A stretch of DNA of 64,000 nucleotides from an uncultured bacterium. Its GTDB lineage: Bacteria > Actinomycetota > Actinomycetes > S36-B12. The DNA lies in the NCBI GenBank assembly GCA_903909555.1, contig CAIVWG010000083.1:900-64899 (forward strand). The letters are read 5' to 3'. The notes below the pieces were generated by a model that worked only from the letters and a program-made list of their open reading frames with translations, had not been told where the DNA came from and made no database searches. Below, piece after piece: positions 45,358 to 55,896 of the stretch (its first letter is position 1; each line of letters starts with the position of its first letter). A program made the position numbers and the translations under genes.

Positions 45358-46275
45358 TCAGCCCCTCGCTGCGGGCGTCACCGTCGCCTTCTCGATGATG
45401 ACGGGCTGCGCCGGGGGTCCGTCGGTTCCCCCGCCCTCGACCCCGGCGCTCGCGATGGCGCGGACGACGTCCAGGCCGCTCGTCACGGTTCCCCAGATCG
45501 TGTAGCCCGAGGGGAGGGTGGTGTTCTCGTAGACGATGAAGAACTGGCTGCCTCCGGTCCCGGGGCCGGCGTTGGCCATGGCCACGGTGCCGGCGGGGTA
45601 GTTGTCCGCCCCCTCGGCCGGAAGGTTCTCGTCGGGGATCGCGTAGCCGGGGCCCCCCGTGCCGTCACCCTTGGGGTCGCCGCACTGGAGGACGTAGATC
45701 CCTTCGGTGGTGAGGCGATGGCAGGCCGTGAGGTCGAAGTACCCCTCGTCGGCAAGGAAGGCCATGGAGGCGGTCGTGAGCGGAGCGTCCTTCGGCTCGA
45801 GCGCGATCTCGATGTCCCCGCAGTTCGTCACCAGGGTCATCGTGTAGTCGGTGCCCGCCGTGAGGGGAGTGTCGGGTGCCGCGTCCCAGGACAGGTCGTC
45901 CGGTCGCGGTGGCTTGGCCTCGGCGCAGTCGAGGCCGAGGGCCGACGCCGATGCTGCGGGGGAGGACGCCTCCGGGGAGGGCGCGTCGCTGGGGGCATCC
46001 GGGCTCGGCACATCGGTGGGTGCGTCGGGACTGGGGACGTCGGTGGGGACGTCCGGAGTGGGAACGTCCGTCGCGGTGTCCGCGGGCGCTGCCGTGGTGT
46101 CGGACGTGCGGTTGACCGCAAACCATGCGACACCGCCACCGATGACCACGAGGACCGCGATGACCGCGATGATCTGGTTGCGGCGACGCCGACGCTGCGC
46201 GGTCTCGGCCCGGCGCGCTGCCTGGCGCTCCGCCTTCGCCCGAGCAACCGCTCGCGCTCGCTTGCTGGACCCCAC
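45358..46275 (-). CDS. Membrane-anchored cyclophilin-type peptidyl-prolyl cis-trans isomerase
   Basis: In-frame GTG at 46275 preceded by GGAGGGAGG. Basic N-terminus, one TM, a PTDVPSPDA repeat linker, then a cyclophilin core (FHR-like CHRLTTEGIYVLQCGDP.GDG.GGPGY, GTVAMANAGPGTGGSQFFIV, YTIWG.V). Confidence 0.85.
   Translation of the reverse strand: MGSSKRARAVARAKAERQAARRAETAQRRRRRNQIIAVIAVLVVIGGGVAWFAVNRTSDTTAAPADTATDVPTPDVPTDVPSPDAPTDVPSPDAPSDAPSPEASSPAASASALGLDCAEAKPPRPDDLSWDAAPDTPLTAGTDYTMTLVTNCGDIEIALEPKDAPLTTASMAFLADEGYFDLTACHRLTTEGIYVLQCGDPKGDGTGGPGYAIPDENLPAEGADNYPAGTVAMANAGPGTGGSQFFIVYENTTLPSGYTIWGTVTSGLDVVRAIASAGVEGGGTDGPPAQPVIIEKATVTPAARG
45967..46077 (-). repeat. Coding tandem repeat (PTDVPSPDA-like linker) within the cyclophilin gene
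   Basis: Encodes TATDVPTPDVPTDVPSPDAPTDVPSPDAPSDAPSPEA. Imperfect short iterations are visible in the DNA (...GTCGGTGGGGACGTC...). Confidence 0.6.
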
Positions 46276-46432
46276 GGATCCTCCCTCCAGCAGCCCACGG
46301 CCCCAGGGTGGCGGAGCCGTTGCGTGAGTGTACGTAATGCCCGGGGGGAGGGTGACGAGCGCATCCGGCGCCGCCGCGCGGCCGGTAGGCTCGCCCGGGC
46401 GCGCCCGCCGGGTGCCGAATGGGGAGGTCACC

Positions 46433-47149
46433 GTGCTCGTCACCGGCTTCCCCGCGGGCTCCTGGGGCACGAATTGCTACGTCCTGGCCACGGCTCCGGG
46501 CGAGGAGTGCGTCGTGGTCGATCCCGGTCAGGACAGTCTCGGGCAGCTCCGGGAGGTGCTGGGCGAGCATCGCCTCCGTCCCGTTGCCGTGCTGCTCACC
46601 CACGGCCACATCGATCACGTGTGGAGCGTGGCACCGCTCGCACACGCCGAAGGAATCCCGGCCTACATCCATGCCGATGACCGCTACCGCCTTGCCGATC
46701 CCACGGGGACGAGTTTCGCGGCAGCGCGGGATCAGCTGCTCGCCATGACGGACGGCACCCTCGAACTCACCGAGCCCGACGACGTGCGGACGTTCGATGA
46801 TCGCGCGCGCCTCGAGATCGCAGGACTCGACCTGACCGTCGCGCACGCGCCCGGTCACACCGAGGGCTCTGCGGTGTTCCTCGCCCCCGCGGCGGGCGAC
46901 CGCGCTCCGCTCATGGTCAGCGGGGACCTGCTCTTCGCGGGGTCGATCGGGCGGACCGACCTGCCCGGGGGCGATCCGCTGGCCATGGCCGAGAGCCTCC
47001 GGCGCGTCGTCCTCCCTCAGGACGACGAGACTGTCGTCCTCCCCGGCCACGGCGAGCTCACGACGATCGGGCGCGAGCGCGCCACCAACCCCTTCCTCGC
47101 CGAGCTCCGGGAGGGCCATGCCCCGCGTCCTCCGACCCGGGGCCTGTGA
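46433..47149 (+). CDS. MBL-fold metallo-hydrolase (glyoxalase II-like)
   Basis: In-frame GTG at 46433 after GGGGAGG. Motifs present are the metal motif THGHIDHV, then HAPGHTEGS, GDLLFAGSIGRTD and LPGHG. Confidence 0.8.
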   Translation: MLVTGFPAGSWGTNCYVLATAPGEECVVVDPGQDSLGQLREVLGEHRLRPVAVLLTHGHIDHVWSVAPLAHAEGIPAYIHADDRYRLADPTGTSFAAARDQLLAMTDGTLELTEPDDVRTFDDRARLEIAGLDLTVAHAPGHTEGSAVFLAPAAGDRAPLMVSGDLLFAGSIGRTDLPGGDPLAMAESLRRVVLPQDDETVVLPGHGELTTIGRERATNPFLAELREGHAPRPPTRGL

Positions 47150-48471
47150 TGGCGCGCTCCCCGGGCCTGTCGGGATTCCCCGAGTGGCTGCCGGACGGTC
47201 GCATCGTCGAACTGGAGATCCTCGATACCGCGCGCGAGGTGTTCGAACTGCACGGGTTCGCCTCCCTGGAGACGCGGTCGGTCGAGCCCCTGGACGTTCT
47301 CGTGCGCAAGGGCGAGATCGACAAGGAGGTGTACGCCGTCCGGCGCCTGCACGGCGATGACGACGCCGACCTCGCCCTTCACTTCGACCTCACGGTCCCG
47401 TTTGCCCGCTATGTCGCCGAGAATGCCGGGCAACTCGCCTTCCCGTTCCGGCGCTACCAGATCCAGCGGGTATGGCGGGGCGAGCGACCGCAGGAGGGGC
47501 GTTTCCGCGAGTTCACCCAGGCCGACATCGACATCGTCGACGCAGGCGAGCTCTCATCGCATCACGAGGCTGAGATGGCCCTGGTCATGTCGGAGCTCTT
47601 CGCTCGCCTGCCCATGCCACCCGCGATCATCCGCGTGAACAATCGCAAGGTGCTCGAGGGCTTCTACCGTGGCCTGGGGATCGAGGATCCTGCCGCGGTC
47701 CTGCGTTCGATCGACAAGCTCGACAAGGTGGGCGCGGACGGCGTACGCAGGCTGCTCCAGGACGACGCGGGGCTCGCCCCGGAGGTCGCGGAGCAGTGCC
47801 TGCGGCTGGCGGCGATCCGCTCCCCGGATGCGTCGTTCGTCGACGAGGTCCGGGCGCTCGGAGTCGAGGACCCTCTCCTGGACGAGGGGCTGGCCGAGCT
47901 CGCCCGCGTCGTCGAGGCGGTCGATGAAGCGCGTCCCGGCGCCGTCCTCGCCGACCTGCACATCGCGCGCGGGCTCGACTACTACACCGGCACCGTCTAC
48001 GAGACGTTCCTCGAGGGCTTCGAGTCGTTCGGGTCGGTGTGCTCGGGAGGCCGCTACGACTCCCTCGCCACCGACGGGCGCACGACGTACCCCGGCGTGG
48101 GCATCTCCCTGGGCGTCACCCGCCTGGTGTCCCTCCTCCTCGGGCGCGACCTCGTGCGTGCCAGCCGGTCGGTGCCGTCTGCCGTGCTCATTGCCGTCGT
48201 GGACGAGGCCTCGCGTCCGGCCAGCGAGGCGGTGGCACGCGATCTGCGTGCCCGCGGCGTTCCGTGCGAGGTTGCCCCGCGCGCGGACAAGTTCGGCAAG
48301 CAGATCCGCCACGCGGATCGCCGAGGCATCCCCTTCGTATGGTTCCCCGACCCCGCGGGGCATACCGTCAAGGACATCCGCTCCGGAGACCAGGTGCCCG
48401 CGGACGCGGCGACCTGGACGCCGCCGGATCGCGACCTCAGACCGCAGGTGACCCGAGGAGATGACACGTGA
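47146..48471 (+). CDS. hisS: Histidine--tRNA ligase
   Basis: 441 aa. Class II motifs ([29 protein letters not shown]; GGRYD; [11 protein letters not shown]) and a C-terminal anticodon-binding domain. The N-terminus is of the SGFPEWLP subtype. The start is 47146 (GTG) or 47149 (ATG). Confidence 0.9.
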   Translation: MMARSPGLSGFPEWLPDGRIVELEILDTAREVFELHGFASLETRSVEPLDVLVRKGEIDKEVYAVRRLHGDDDADLALHFDLTVPFARYVAENAGQLAFPFRRYQIQRVWRGERPQEGRFREFTQADIDIVDAGELSSHHEAEMALVMSELFARLPMPPAIIRVNNRKVLEGFYRGLGIEDPAAVLRSIDKLDKVGADGVRRLLQDDAGLAPEVAEQCLRLAAIRSPDASFVDEVRALGVEDPLLDEGLAELARVVEAVDEARPGAVLADLHIARGLDYYTGTVYETFLEGFESFGSVCSGGRYDSLATDGRTTYPGVGISLGVTRLVSLLLGRDLVRASRSVPSAVLIAVVDEASRPASEAVARDLRARGVPCEVAPRADKFGKQIRHADRRGIPFVWFPDPAGHTVKDIRSGDQVPADAATWTPPDRDLRPQVTRGDDT

Positions 48472-50222
48472 TTCGCACGCATGACGCCGGACGCCTGAGC
48501 GCGGACGACGCCGACGCCACCGTCACCCTCGCCGGTTGGGTCGGCTCGCGGCGCGATCACGGGGGCGTGGCCTTCCTCGACCTTCGGGATGCCAGCGGTG
48601 TGGTCCAGGTCGTCGTGAACGATCCCGACGTGGCCCACGGCTTGCGCGACGAGTACTGCGTGCGCGTGGTGGGTCGGATCCGGCGCCGTCCTGCCGGCAA
48701 CGAGAACCCCGACCTGGCGACCGGCGACATCGAGGTGGAGGCCAGCGAGGTCGAGGTGCTCAGCCCCGCGGCGCCGCTGCCGTTCCCCATCGACGATCGC
48801 GCCACCGTCGGCGACGAGGCGCGCCTGCGCTACCGGTACCTGGACCTTCGCCGCCCGGCGGCGGGCGCGGCGCTGCGCATGCGGTCGAAGGTCAACCAGA
48901 TCGCGCGCGAGGTACTGCTCGATCGCGATTTCGTGGAGATCGAGACCCCCACGCTGACACGCTCCACTCCCGAGGGTGCCCGCGACTTCCTCGTCCCGGT
49001 CCGACTGCAGCCCGGGCATTGGTACGCGCTGCCGCAGTCGCCCCAACTCTTCAAGCAACTCCTCATGGTCGCCGGGATGGAGCGCTACTTCCAGATCGCC
49101 CGCTGCTATCGGGACGAGGACTTCCGGGCTGACCGCCAGCCGGAGTTCACCCAACTCGACATCGAGATGTCCTTCGTGGAGCAGGAGGACGTCCTCGATG
49201 TGGGCGAGGCCATCGTCCGCGCGCTCTGGGAAGGCATCCTCGGCGTCGAGGTCGGTGACATCCCCAGGATGACCTACGCCGAAGCGATGCGCCGATTCGG
49301 AACCGACAAGCCGGATCTTCGCTTCGGCATCGAGCTCGTCGACCTCACCGACTTCTTCGCGGACACCCCCTTCCGCGTGTTCCAGGCCCCCCACGTGGGC
49401 GCGGTCGTCATGCGCGGCGGTGCCGACCAGCCCCGGAGGGCCTTCGACGCCTGGCAGGAGTGGGCGAAGCAGCGCGGGGCCAAGGGCCTGGCCTACGTCA
49501 CCGTGGGACCCGACGGCGAGCTCGGCGGTCCCGTCGCCAAGAACCTCTCCGACGAGGAGCGTGCCGGGCTCGCCGCGGCAGCCGGAGCGCAGCCGGGGGA
49601 CTGCGTGTTCTTCGCCGCGGGCTCGCGTGCCGACGCCCTGGCGCTCCTCGGTGCGACGCGGCTGGAGATCGGCCACCGCCTCGGGCTCATCGACGAGTCC
49701 GCGTGGTCGTTCCTGTGGGTCGTCGATGCGCCGATGTTCGAGCCCATCGAGGACGATCACGGCAACGCCGGCTGGACCGCGGTCCACCACCCCTTCACCT
49801 CGCCCAACAACGAGTGGATCGACACCTTCGAGTCCTCGCCCGGCGACGCGCTCGCGTGGGCCTACGACATCGTGTGCAACGGCAATGAGATCGGCGGCGG
49901 CTCCATCCGCATCCATCGCGCCGACGTGCAGCAGCGGGTGTTCGGCATCCTGGGAATCACGCCCGAGGAGGCCCAGGACAAGTTCGGCTTCCTGCTGGAG
50001 GCCTTCGCCTACGGCCCGCCACCGCACGGCGGCATCGCCTTCGGATGGGATCGCATCTGCATGCTCCTCGCGGGGGCCCACTCCCTGAGGGACGTCATCG
50101 CCTTCCCCAAGACGGGAGGCGGGCAGGACCCGCTCACGGGCGCCCCCACGCCCATCACGGTGCAGCAGCGCAAGGAGGCCGGGATCGATGCCGCACCCGC
50201 TGCGGATCGCGCGTCCGACTGA
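48468..50222 (+). CDS. aspS: Aspartate--tRNA ligase
   Basis: 584 aa, GTGA overlap with hisS. OB-fold N-terminal domain ([17 protein letters not shown]), then [28 protein letters not shown], the GAD insertion and GGGSIRIH...PPHGG.A.G.DR. Confidence 0.95.
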   Translation: MIRTHDAGRLSADDADATVTLAGWVGSRRDHGGVAFLDLRDASGVVQVVVNDPDVAHGLRDEYCVRVVGRIRRRPAGNENPDLATGDIEVEASEVEVLSPAAPLPFPIDDRATVGDEARLRYRYLDLRRPAAGAALRMRSKVNQIAREVLLDRDFVEIETPTLTRSTPEGARDFLVPVRLQPGHWYALPQSPQLFKQLLMVAGMERYFQIARCYRDEDFRADRQPEFTQLDIEMSFVEQEDVLDVGEAIVRALWEGILGVEVGDIPRMTYAEAMRRFGTDKPDLRFGIELVDLTDFFADTPFRVFQAPHVGAVVMRGGADQPRRAFDAWQEWAKQRGAKGLAYVTVGPDGELGGPVAKNLSDEERAGLAAAAGAQPGDCVFFAAGSRADALALLGATRLEIGHRLGLIDESAWSFLWVVDAPMFEPIEDDHGNAGWTAVHHPFTSPNNEWIDTFESSPGDALAWAYDIVCNGNEIGGGSIRIHRADVQQRVFGILGITPEEAQDKFGFLLEAFAYGPPPHGGIAFGWDRICMLLAGAHSLRDVIAFPKTGGGQDPLTGAPTPITVQQRKEAGIDAAPAADRASD

Positions 50223-50925
50223 CCCCTACCTCGAGTACTGCCTCACGGACGCGCAGGTCGAGACCTACCTCGTCGACGGAGACCACGTCGGCATCCTCCG
50301 TCGCGGGCGGCGTACGGGTGAGACGTGGATCACCGCACTGGGCGAGGACGTGGAGCGCGTCCGCGCGCTCATCGACGCCCTGGCTGAAGGCCGCACGATC
50401 GACGGTATCCACGTCTTCGATGACGTCTACGAGCGGCTGCCGTCGCGGATGCGCATCCCGGACCCGGGCCACTGGTCGATCTGGCTGCTCGACGCCCCTG
50501 ACCTGCCCACCGGCCCGTACGCCATCGACGTGGACGCCCACGACATCGATCATGACGATCCACGGATCGATTCCCTTCTCGCGCACTCGGATTCGGCGTA
50601 CCTCTTCGCCGGAGATCCGCGCGTGAGCCGCTGGGTCGGCGTTGAGATCGACGGCTCGCTCGTCGCCGTCGGCGGGGCCTTGCCGGGCCGACCAGGGTCC
50701 TCCGTGCCGCACCTCGTGAGCATCTGCACCCACCCGGATGCCCGCGGCCGCCACCTCGGGCGCGCCGTCGTGGGAAGGCTGGCCGCGGATGCGCTGGCGC
50801 GCGGCGCGCCCGCCGTCTACCTCGAGATGTACGCCGCCAATGCGCCCGCGGCCGCGCTCTACCGCGGGCTGGGCTTCCGCGAGCGCGGCCGGTACCGCTC
50901 CGGATTCCTGCCCGGCCGCGGCTAG
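50188..50925 (+). CDS. GNAT family N-acetyltransferase
   Basis: 245 aa. The C-terminal acetyl-CoA motif is [23 protein letters not shown], followed by [20 protein letters not shown]. The annotated start overlaps the aspS 3' end by 35 nt, so the true start is uncertain. Confidence 0.65.
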   Translation: MPHPLRIARPTDPYLEYCLTDAQVETYLVDGDHVGILRRGRRTGETWITALGEDVERVRALIDALAEGRTIDGIHVFDDVYERLPSRMRIPDPGHWSIWLLDAPDLPTGPYAIDVDAHDIDHDDPRIDSLLAHSDSAYLFAGDPRVSRWVGVEIDGSLVAVGGALPGRPGSSVPHLVSICTHPDARGRHLGRAVVGRLAADALARGAPAVYLEMYAANAPAAALYRGLGFRERGRYRSGFLPGRG

Positions 50926-50954
50926 GGGTCCGGGTCGGCCCCTAGGCTCCGAGC

Positions 50955-52388
50955 ATGGCGGCCACGCTCTTCGATGCGGGCACCGGGCCGGGGCGCCCGG
51001 GAGCACCCCTCGCCGTGCGATTGCGGCCGCGCACGCTCGACGACATCGTCGGCCAGCGGCACCTGCTGGGCGAGGGCTCCCCCCTGCGCCGCCTGCTCGA
51101 GGGGGACGAGGGCGCCGCGGTGTCGGTGATCCTGTGGGGGCCTCCGGGCACGGGCAAGACGACGCTGGCGAGCATGGTGTCCTCCTCCACGGGGCGACGC
51201 TTCGTGGAACTGTCCGCGGTCACCGCCGGTGTCAAGGACGTGCGCGAGGTCATCGACACGGCCCGCGCCGAACTCGGCATGCAGGGACGCGGCACCGTGC
51301 TTTTCGTCGACGAGGTGCACCGCTTCAGCAAGACCCAGCAGGACGCACTTCTGCCGGCGGTCGAGAACGGCTGGGTCACGCTCATTGCCGCGACCACCGA
51401 GAATCCCAGTTTCTCCGTGGTGTCGCCGCTGCTCTCGCGCAGTCTCGTCCTCACTCTCGAGCCGCTCGAGGACGAGGACCTGTCCCGTCTGGTCGACCGC
51501 GCCCTGGCCGACCCCCGGGGTCTCATGGGCGAGGTGACGCTGTCGGGGGAGGCGCGCGAGCATCTCCTTCGCGTAGCGGGCGGCGACGCACGCCGTCTCC
51601 TCACCGCACTGGAGGCTGCGGCGGGCGTCGTCCTGTCCACCCGGGGTCGCGGCGCGCAGATCGAGGTCGCCGACGTCGAGGCCGCCATCCAGACGGCGGC
51701 CGTCCGCTATGACCGCGACGGCGACCAGCACTACGACGTGATCAGCGCGTTCATCAAGAGCGTGCGGGGGAGCGACGTGGACGCATCGCTGCACTACCTC
51801 GCGCGCATGATGGAGGCGGGGGAGGATCCCCGCTTCATCGCTCGGCGACTCATGATCCTCGCCAGCGAGGACATCGGCATGGCCGACCCGACCGCGCTGC
51901 AGACGGCGGTCGCCGCGGCGCAGGCCGTCGCGATGCTCGGCATGCCCGAGGGCCGGCTAACCCTGGCCCACGCGACCATCCACCTCGCGCTGAGCCCCAA
52001 GTCCAACGCCGTCATCGCCGCCATCGATGCGGCGCAGTCGGACGTGCGTGGCGGGCGGATCGGCACGGTCCCGGCGCACCTTCGGGATGCGCACTACCCC
52101 GGCGCGCGCGACCTCGGTCACGGCCGCGGCTACTCCTATCCGCATGACGCGCCCGAGGGCGTCGTGGCGCAGCAGTACGCCCCCGATCCGGTCCTCGGCC
52201 GTCGCTACTACCGACCGACCGGCCACGGGGCGGAGGCACGGTGGTCGGAGGTCCACGAACGCCTGCGACGCGCCGTCTCCGGGCTGTCCGGCGCACCGGA
52301 CGCGTTAGGGTCAGACCCCTCAGGAGGCGTGGGCACGGCGCCTGGGGACATCGAAGGGATGTCCGGCGGCGACGACGCGAGGAGGTGA
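50955..52388 (+). CDS. rarA: Replication-associated recombination protein A (RarA/MgsA AAA+ ATPase)
   Basis: 477 aa. Motifs present are [21 protein letters not shown], Walker [12 protein letters not shown], Walker [42 protein letters not shown] and GYSYPHD. Confidence 0.9.
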   Translation: MAATLFDAGTGPGRPGAPLAVRLRPRTLDDIVGQRHLLGEGSPLRRLLEGDEGAAVSVILWGPPGTGKTTLASMVSSSTGRRFVELSAVTAGVKDVREVIDTARAELGMQGRGTVLFVDEVHRFSKTQQDALLPAVENGWVTLIAATTENPSFSVVSPLLSRSLVLTLEPLEDEDLSRLVDRALADPRGLMGEVTLSGEAREHLLRVAGGDARRLLTALEAAAGVVLSTRGRGAQIEVADVEAAIQTAAVRYDRDGDQHYDVISAFIKSVRGSDVDASLHYLARMMEAGEDPRFIARRLMILASEDIGMADPTALQTAVAAAQAVAMLGMPEGRLTLAHATIHLALSPKSNAVIAAIDAAQSDVRGGRIGTVPAHLRDAHYPGARDLGHGRGYSYPHDAPEGVVAQQYAPDPVLGRRYYRPTGHGAEARWSEVHERLRRAVSGLSGAPDALGSDPSGGVGTAPGDIEGMSGGDDARR

Positions 52389-52393
52389 GCCGG

Positions 52394-52705
52394 GTGAGCA
52401 GGCTGGTGTGGGTGGCCCTGGGGGCCGCCGGGGGCGTCTACGCCTACCGTCGCGGGCAGCGCCTCCTCGAGGAGGCGCGCGAGCGCGGGGTCGTGGGGAG
52501 CGTCCAGGCGGCGACGGGATCCGCCACGAGCCTGGCGACCGCGGCGCGCGGGCTGCTCGCGGGGACCGCCTCGGCTCCGCCGACGTCGGCCCGGTCGGGC
52601 CGCCCCGCTTCTGATGCCTCTCCGGGACCCACCGGCGCGGCCGCCGCGAAGGTGCTCGCCGAATCCCAGTCGAAGTTGCGCGCTGAGCGTCCCGGGGACC
52701 GCTGA
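52394..52705 (+). CDS. Small hypothetical membrane-anchored protein
   Basis: In-frame GTG at 52394, 8 nt after GGAGG. N-terminal TM LVWVALGAAGGVYAY followed by an Ala/Ser/Gly-rich tail. It ends in a TGATG overlap with alaS. The coding status is only moderately supported. Confidence 0.4.
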   Translation: MSRLVWVALGAAGGVYAYRRGQRLLEEARERGVVGSVQAATGSATSLATAARGLLAGTASAPPTSARSGRPASDASPGPTGAAAAKVLAESQSKLRAERPGDR

Positions 52706-55380
52706 TGGATTCCGCGGAGATCCGCACCCGATTCCTGTCGTTCTTCGCCGATCGAGGCCACCAGGTCGTGCCCTCGGCCTCCCTTCTCCTCGACGACCCG
52801 ACGCTGCTCTTCGTCAATGCGGGCATGGTGCCGTTCAAGCCGTACTTCCTCGGTGAGGCTCCGCCGCCGTACCCGCGAGCCACGTCCGTGCAGAAGTGCG
52901 TGCGGACACTCGACATCGAGGAGGTCGGGAAGACCACACGGCATGCGTCGTTCTTCCAGATGGCCGGCAACTTCTCGTTCGGGGACTACTTCAAGGCGGG
53001 GGCGATCCCCTTCGCGTGGGAACTCCTCACCTCATCGCAGGCGGACGGGGGATTCGGCTTCCCGGAGGACCGGCTGTGGGTCACCGTCTACGACGACGAT
53101 GACGAGGCGGCCGGGATCTGGCACCGGGACGTCGGGGTCCCCCTCGAGCGCATCCAGCGCCGTGGGGCCAAGGACAACTACTGGTCGATGGGCGTGCCCG
53201 GCCCCGGCGGGCCGTGCTCGGAGATCTACTACGACCGGGGGCCGCAGTTCGGGCGCGAGGGCGGCCCCGTCGTCGACGAGGACCGGTATCTCGAGGTCTG
53301 GAACCTCGTCTTCATGCAGGACGAGCTGTCCACCGTGCGGTCCAAGGAGGACTTCGACATCCTCAAGCCGCTCCCGGCGAAGAACATCGACACCGGCATG
53401 GGGCTGGAGCGCATGGCGGCGCTCCTCCAGGGCGTTGACAACATCTACGAGATCGACACCACGCGCGGCATTCTCGATCGAGCGAGCGAGCTCACCGGGG
53501 TCGCTTACGGCTCGGGCGAGAAGTCGGATGTCGCCCTGCGGGTGATCGCCGATCACAGTCGCACCTGCGCCTTCCTCATCGGGGACGGTGTCACCCCCGG
53601 CAATGAGGGGCGCGGCTACGTCCTGCGGCGGCTGCTCCGTCGCGTGGTGCGCAACATGCGGCTCCTCGGCGCTAGCGACCCCTCGATGGATCCGTTGATG
53701 GAGACCACGATCCTCGTCATGGCGCCGCAGTACCCCGAGCTCAATGACGAAGCGCGCCGTATCAGCAGCGTGGCGGTCCAGGAGGAGGCAGCGTTCCTCC
53801 AGACGCTGCGCACGGGGACGCAGATCTTCGACCTCGCCGCGGCTGAGGTGCGTTCCAACGGCGGGGGGATCCTGCCGGGGGACCAGGCCTTCGAACTGCA
53901 CGACACCTACGGATTCCCCATCGACCTGACCCTCGAGATGGCCCGCGAGCAGGGCCTCGACGTGGACGAGGAGGGCTTCCGACGGCTCATGGCCGAGCAG
54001 CGGGAGCGTGCCAAGGCCGACGCGCGGACGCGCAAGGCGGGCCTCACCGCGGTGACGGCGTACCGGGAGGTGCTCGAGGCCGGGGGTTCGACGGCCTTCA
54101 CCGGATACGACGAGTCCACCTCCGAGGGGGTGATCACCGGAGTCCTGCGCGACGGCGTGGTCGTCCCCGTGGCGCGCGAGGGAGATCACGTCGAGATCGT
54201 GCTCAACCGGACGCCGTTCTACGCGGAGGCCGGGGGCCAGCTCGGCGACCACGGGACGATTCGCGTCGAGGGCGGTGGAGTACTCGAGGTGTACGACGTG
54301 CAGACGCCGGTCCCCGGGCTGTTCGTCCATCGCGCGACCGTGACCGAGGGCGAAGTCGTCGCGGGCTCCGAGGTGCTCGGCATGGTCGATGTCGGCCGTC
54401 GGCGGGCGATCTCCCGCGCGCACACGGCCACGCACCTGGTGCACCGGGCCTTCCGCGAGTTCCTCGGCGAGACGGCGACCCAGATGGGCTCGGAGAACGC
54501 CCCCGGACGCCTGCGCTTCGACTTCCCCAGTGCGGGCGCGGTGGGCGACCCGGTGCTGCGCGACGTCGAGGCGCGCGTCAACGATGTCCTCTCCGCCGAC
54601 CTCGAGGTCATGGCGCAGTTGATGAGCCAGGAGGAGGCGCGCGCGTTCGGTGCCATGGCGCTGTTCGGCGAGAAGTACGGCGCCGAGGTGCGCGTGATCT
54701 CCGTCGGGGACTGGGCGCACGAACTGTGCGGGGGCACCCACGCCGAGCGGTCGGGGCAGCTGGGCGTGGTGACCTTCCTGTCGGAGGGGTCGATCGGGTC
54801 CGGGGTGCGCCGGGTGGAGGCGCTCGTCGGAGTCGACGCCTACCGGCACCTCGCGCGGGAGCACGTGCTCGTGGGGCAGCTCACGCAGATGGTGAAGGCG
54901 CGGCCGGAGGAACTGCCGGAGCGGATCGAGGGGATGATCGGCCGGCTCAAGGACGCCGAGCGCGAGTTGCAGCGCTTCCGCAGCGCGCAGCTCACATCCA
55001 ACGTCGAGGGCGTGATCGGGGAGGGCCGCGACTACGGACCCTTCCGGCTGTGGACCTACCGCGCTCCGGACGGGCTCACGGCCAACGATCTGCGCGAACT
55101 CGCCGTGCGGGGACGCGCGGCCGCGCGTCCCGACCGCGGGGTCATCATGATCGGCGCGACGTTGACCGAGGGGCGACTGGCCCTCGTGTCCGTCGTCAAC
55201 CCGCGGGCGCAGGAACTCGGCGTCTCCGCGAAGGACGTGCTGCAGGCGGCGCTGCCCCCCATCGACGGCCGAGGGGGCGGCAAGGACGACATCGCCCAGG
55301 GCGGGGGAACGAAGCCGGAGGGCCTGGATGCGGCCTTCGCCGCGGTGGCGGACTTCGTCGCCTCCCGGGCCGGGGAGTAG
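52705..55380 (+). CDS. alaS: Alanine--tRNA ligase
   Basis: 891 aa. Motifs present are IR..FL.FF...GH..V.S..L, FVNAGM..FK, RHASFFQMAGNFSFGDYFK, the editing-domain HTATHL...CGGTH and a C-terminal DHHA1 domain GGGKDD.AQGGG. Confidence 0.95.
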   Translation: MDSAEIRTRFLSFFADRGHQVVPSASLLLDDPTLLFVNAGMVPFKPYFLGEAPPPYPRATSVQKCVRTLDIEEVGKTTRHASFFQMAGNFSFGDYFKAGAIPFAWELLTSSQADGGFGFPEDRLWVTVYDDDDEAAGIWHRDVGVPLERIQRRGAKDNYWSMGVPGPGGPCSEIYYDRGPQFGREGGPVVDEDRYLEVWNLVFMQDELSTVRSKEDFDILKPLPAKNIDTGMGLERMAALLQGVDNIYEIDTTRGILDRASELTGVAYGSGEKSDVALRVIADHSRTCAFLIGDGVTPGNEGRGYVLRRLLRRVVRNMRLLGASDPSMDPLMETTILVMAPQYPELNDEARRISSVAVQEEAAFLQTLRTGTQIFDLAAAEVRSNGGGILPGDQAFELHDTYGFPIDLTLEMAREQGLDVDEEGFRRLMAEQRERAKADARTRKAGLTAVTAYREVLEAGGSTAFTGYDESTSEGVITGVLRDGVVVPVAREGDHVEIVLNRTPFYAEAGGQLGDHGTIRVEGGGVLEVYDVQTPVPGLFVHRATVTEGEVVAGSEVLGMVDVGRRRAISRAHTATHLVHRAFREFLGETATQMGSENAPGRLRFDFPSAGAVGDPVLRDVEARVNDVLSADLEVMAQLMSQEEARAFGAMALFGEKYGAEVRVISVGDWAHELCGGTHAERSGQLGVVTFLSEGSIGSGVRRVEALVGVDAYRHLAREHVLVGQLTQMVKARPEELPERIEGMIGRLKDAERELQRFRSAQLTSNVEGVIGEGRDYGPFRLWTYRAPDGLTANDLRELAVRGRAAARPDRGVIMIGATLTEGRLALVSVVNPRAQELGVSAKDVLQAALPPIDGRGGGKDDIAQGGGTKPEGLDAAFAAVADFVASRAGE

Positions 55381-55388
55381 CCGGCGCC

Positions 55389-55850
55389 ATGGGTGCCGTC
55401 CCGATGCGGGGCGTGCGACTGGCCGTGGACGTCGGCGCGGTGCGCGTCGGCGTCGCGCGGTGCGATCCGGACGGGATCCTCGCCTCCCCGGTCGACACCC
55501 TCGCCCGAGAGCCCGGCACGGTGCAGCGCATCGTCGCCCTGGTCGAGGAGCTGGAGGCCCTCGTGGTGTACGTGGGGCTCCCGGTCTCGATGTCCGGGGC
55601 GGAGGGCCTCGCCGCGGACGCCGCGCGCGCGTTCGCGGTCGAACTCGCGGGGGCGACGACCTGCCCGGTCTTCCTCGTGGACGAGCGGCTCAGCACGGTG
55701 GATGCGCAGCGCGCACTCCGCGATGCGGGGAGGTCGGCGCGATCGAGCAGGTCCGTCGTGGACCAGGTTGCGGCGGTCATCATCCTCGAGCAGGCGCTGG
55801 CGATCGAGCGCGCCACCGGGACACTGGCGGGGACGGCCGTTACCGTCTAA
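55389..55850 (+). CDS. ruvX: Putative pre-16S rRNA nuclease / Holliday junction resolvase-like YqgF (RuvX)
   Basis: In-frame ATG at 55389 (alternative 55404). The sequence reads RLAVDVG.VRVGVA.CD..GILASPV.TL, then VVYVGLP.SMSG, DERLSTV.A, and VD..AA.IILE..L. Confidence 0.85.
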   Translation: MGAVPMRGVRLAVDVGAVRVGVARCDPDGILASPVDTLAREPGTVQRIVALVEELEALVVYVGLPVSMSGAEGLAADAARAFAVELAGATTCPVFLVDERLSTVDAQRALRDAGRSARSSRSVVDQVAAVIILEQALAIERATGTLAGTAVTV

Positions 55851-55896
55851 GGGTGCACGGGCGTGGCGGGCGCCCTGGGAGGAGGTGGCCTCGGCG

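Noticed and set aside
41136-54864. Other long antisense ORFs: 41136-42950(-), 44398-46680(+), 48054-50081(-), 53032-54864(-). Elsewhere in the window: 4701-6308(+), 19148-20734(-), 34416-36011(-) and 9426-10754(-).
   Set aside because: Each lies opposite a motif-confirmed housekeeping gene (rel, DUF349/PPIase, aspS, alaS, OTC, pabBC, WS/DGAT, potA). Each has Arg/Gly/Pro-biased translations. I saw no independent evidence for coding.
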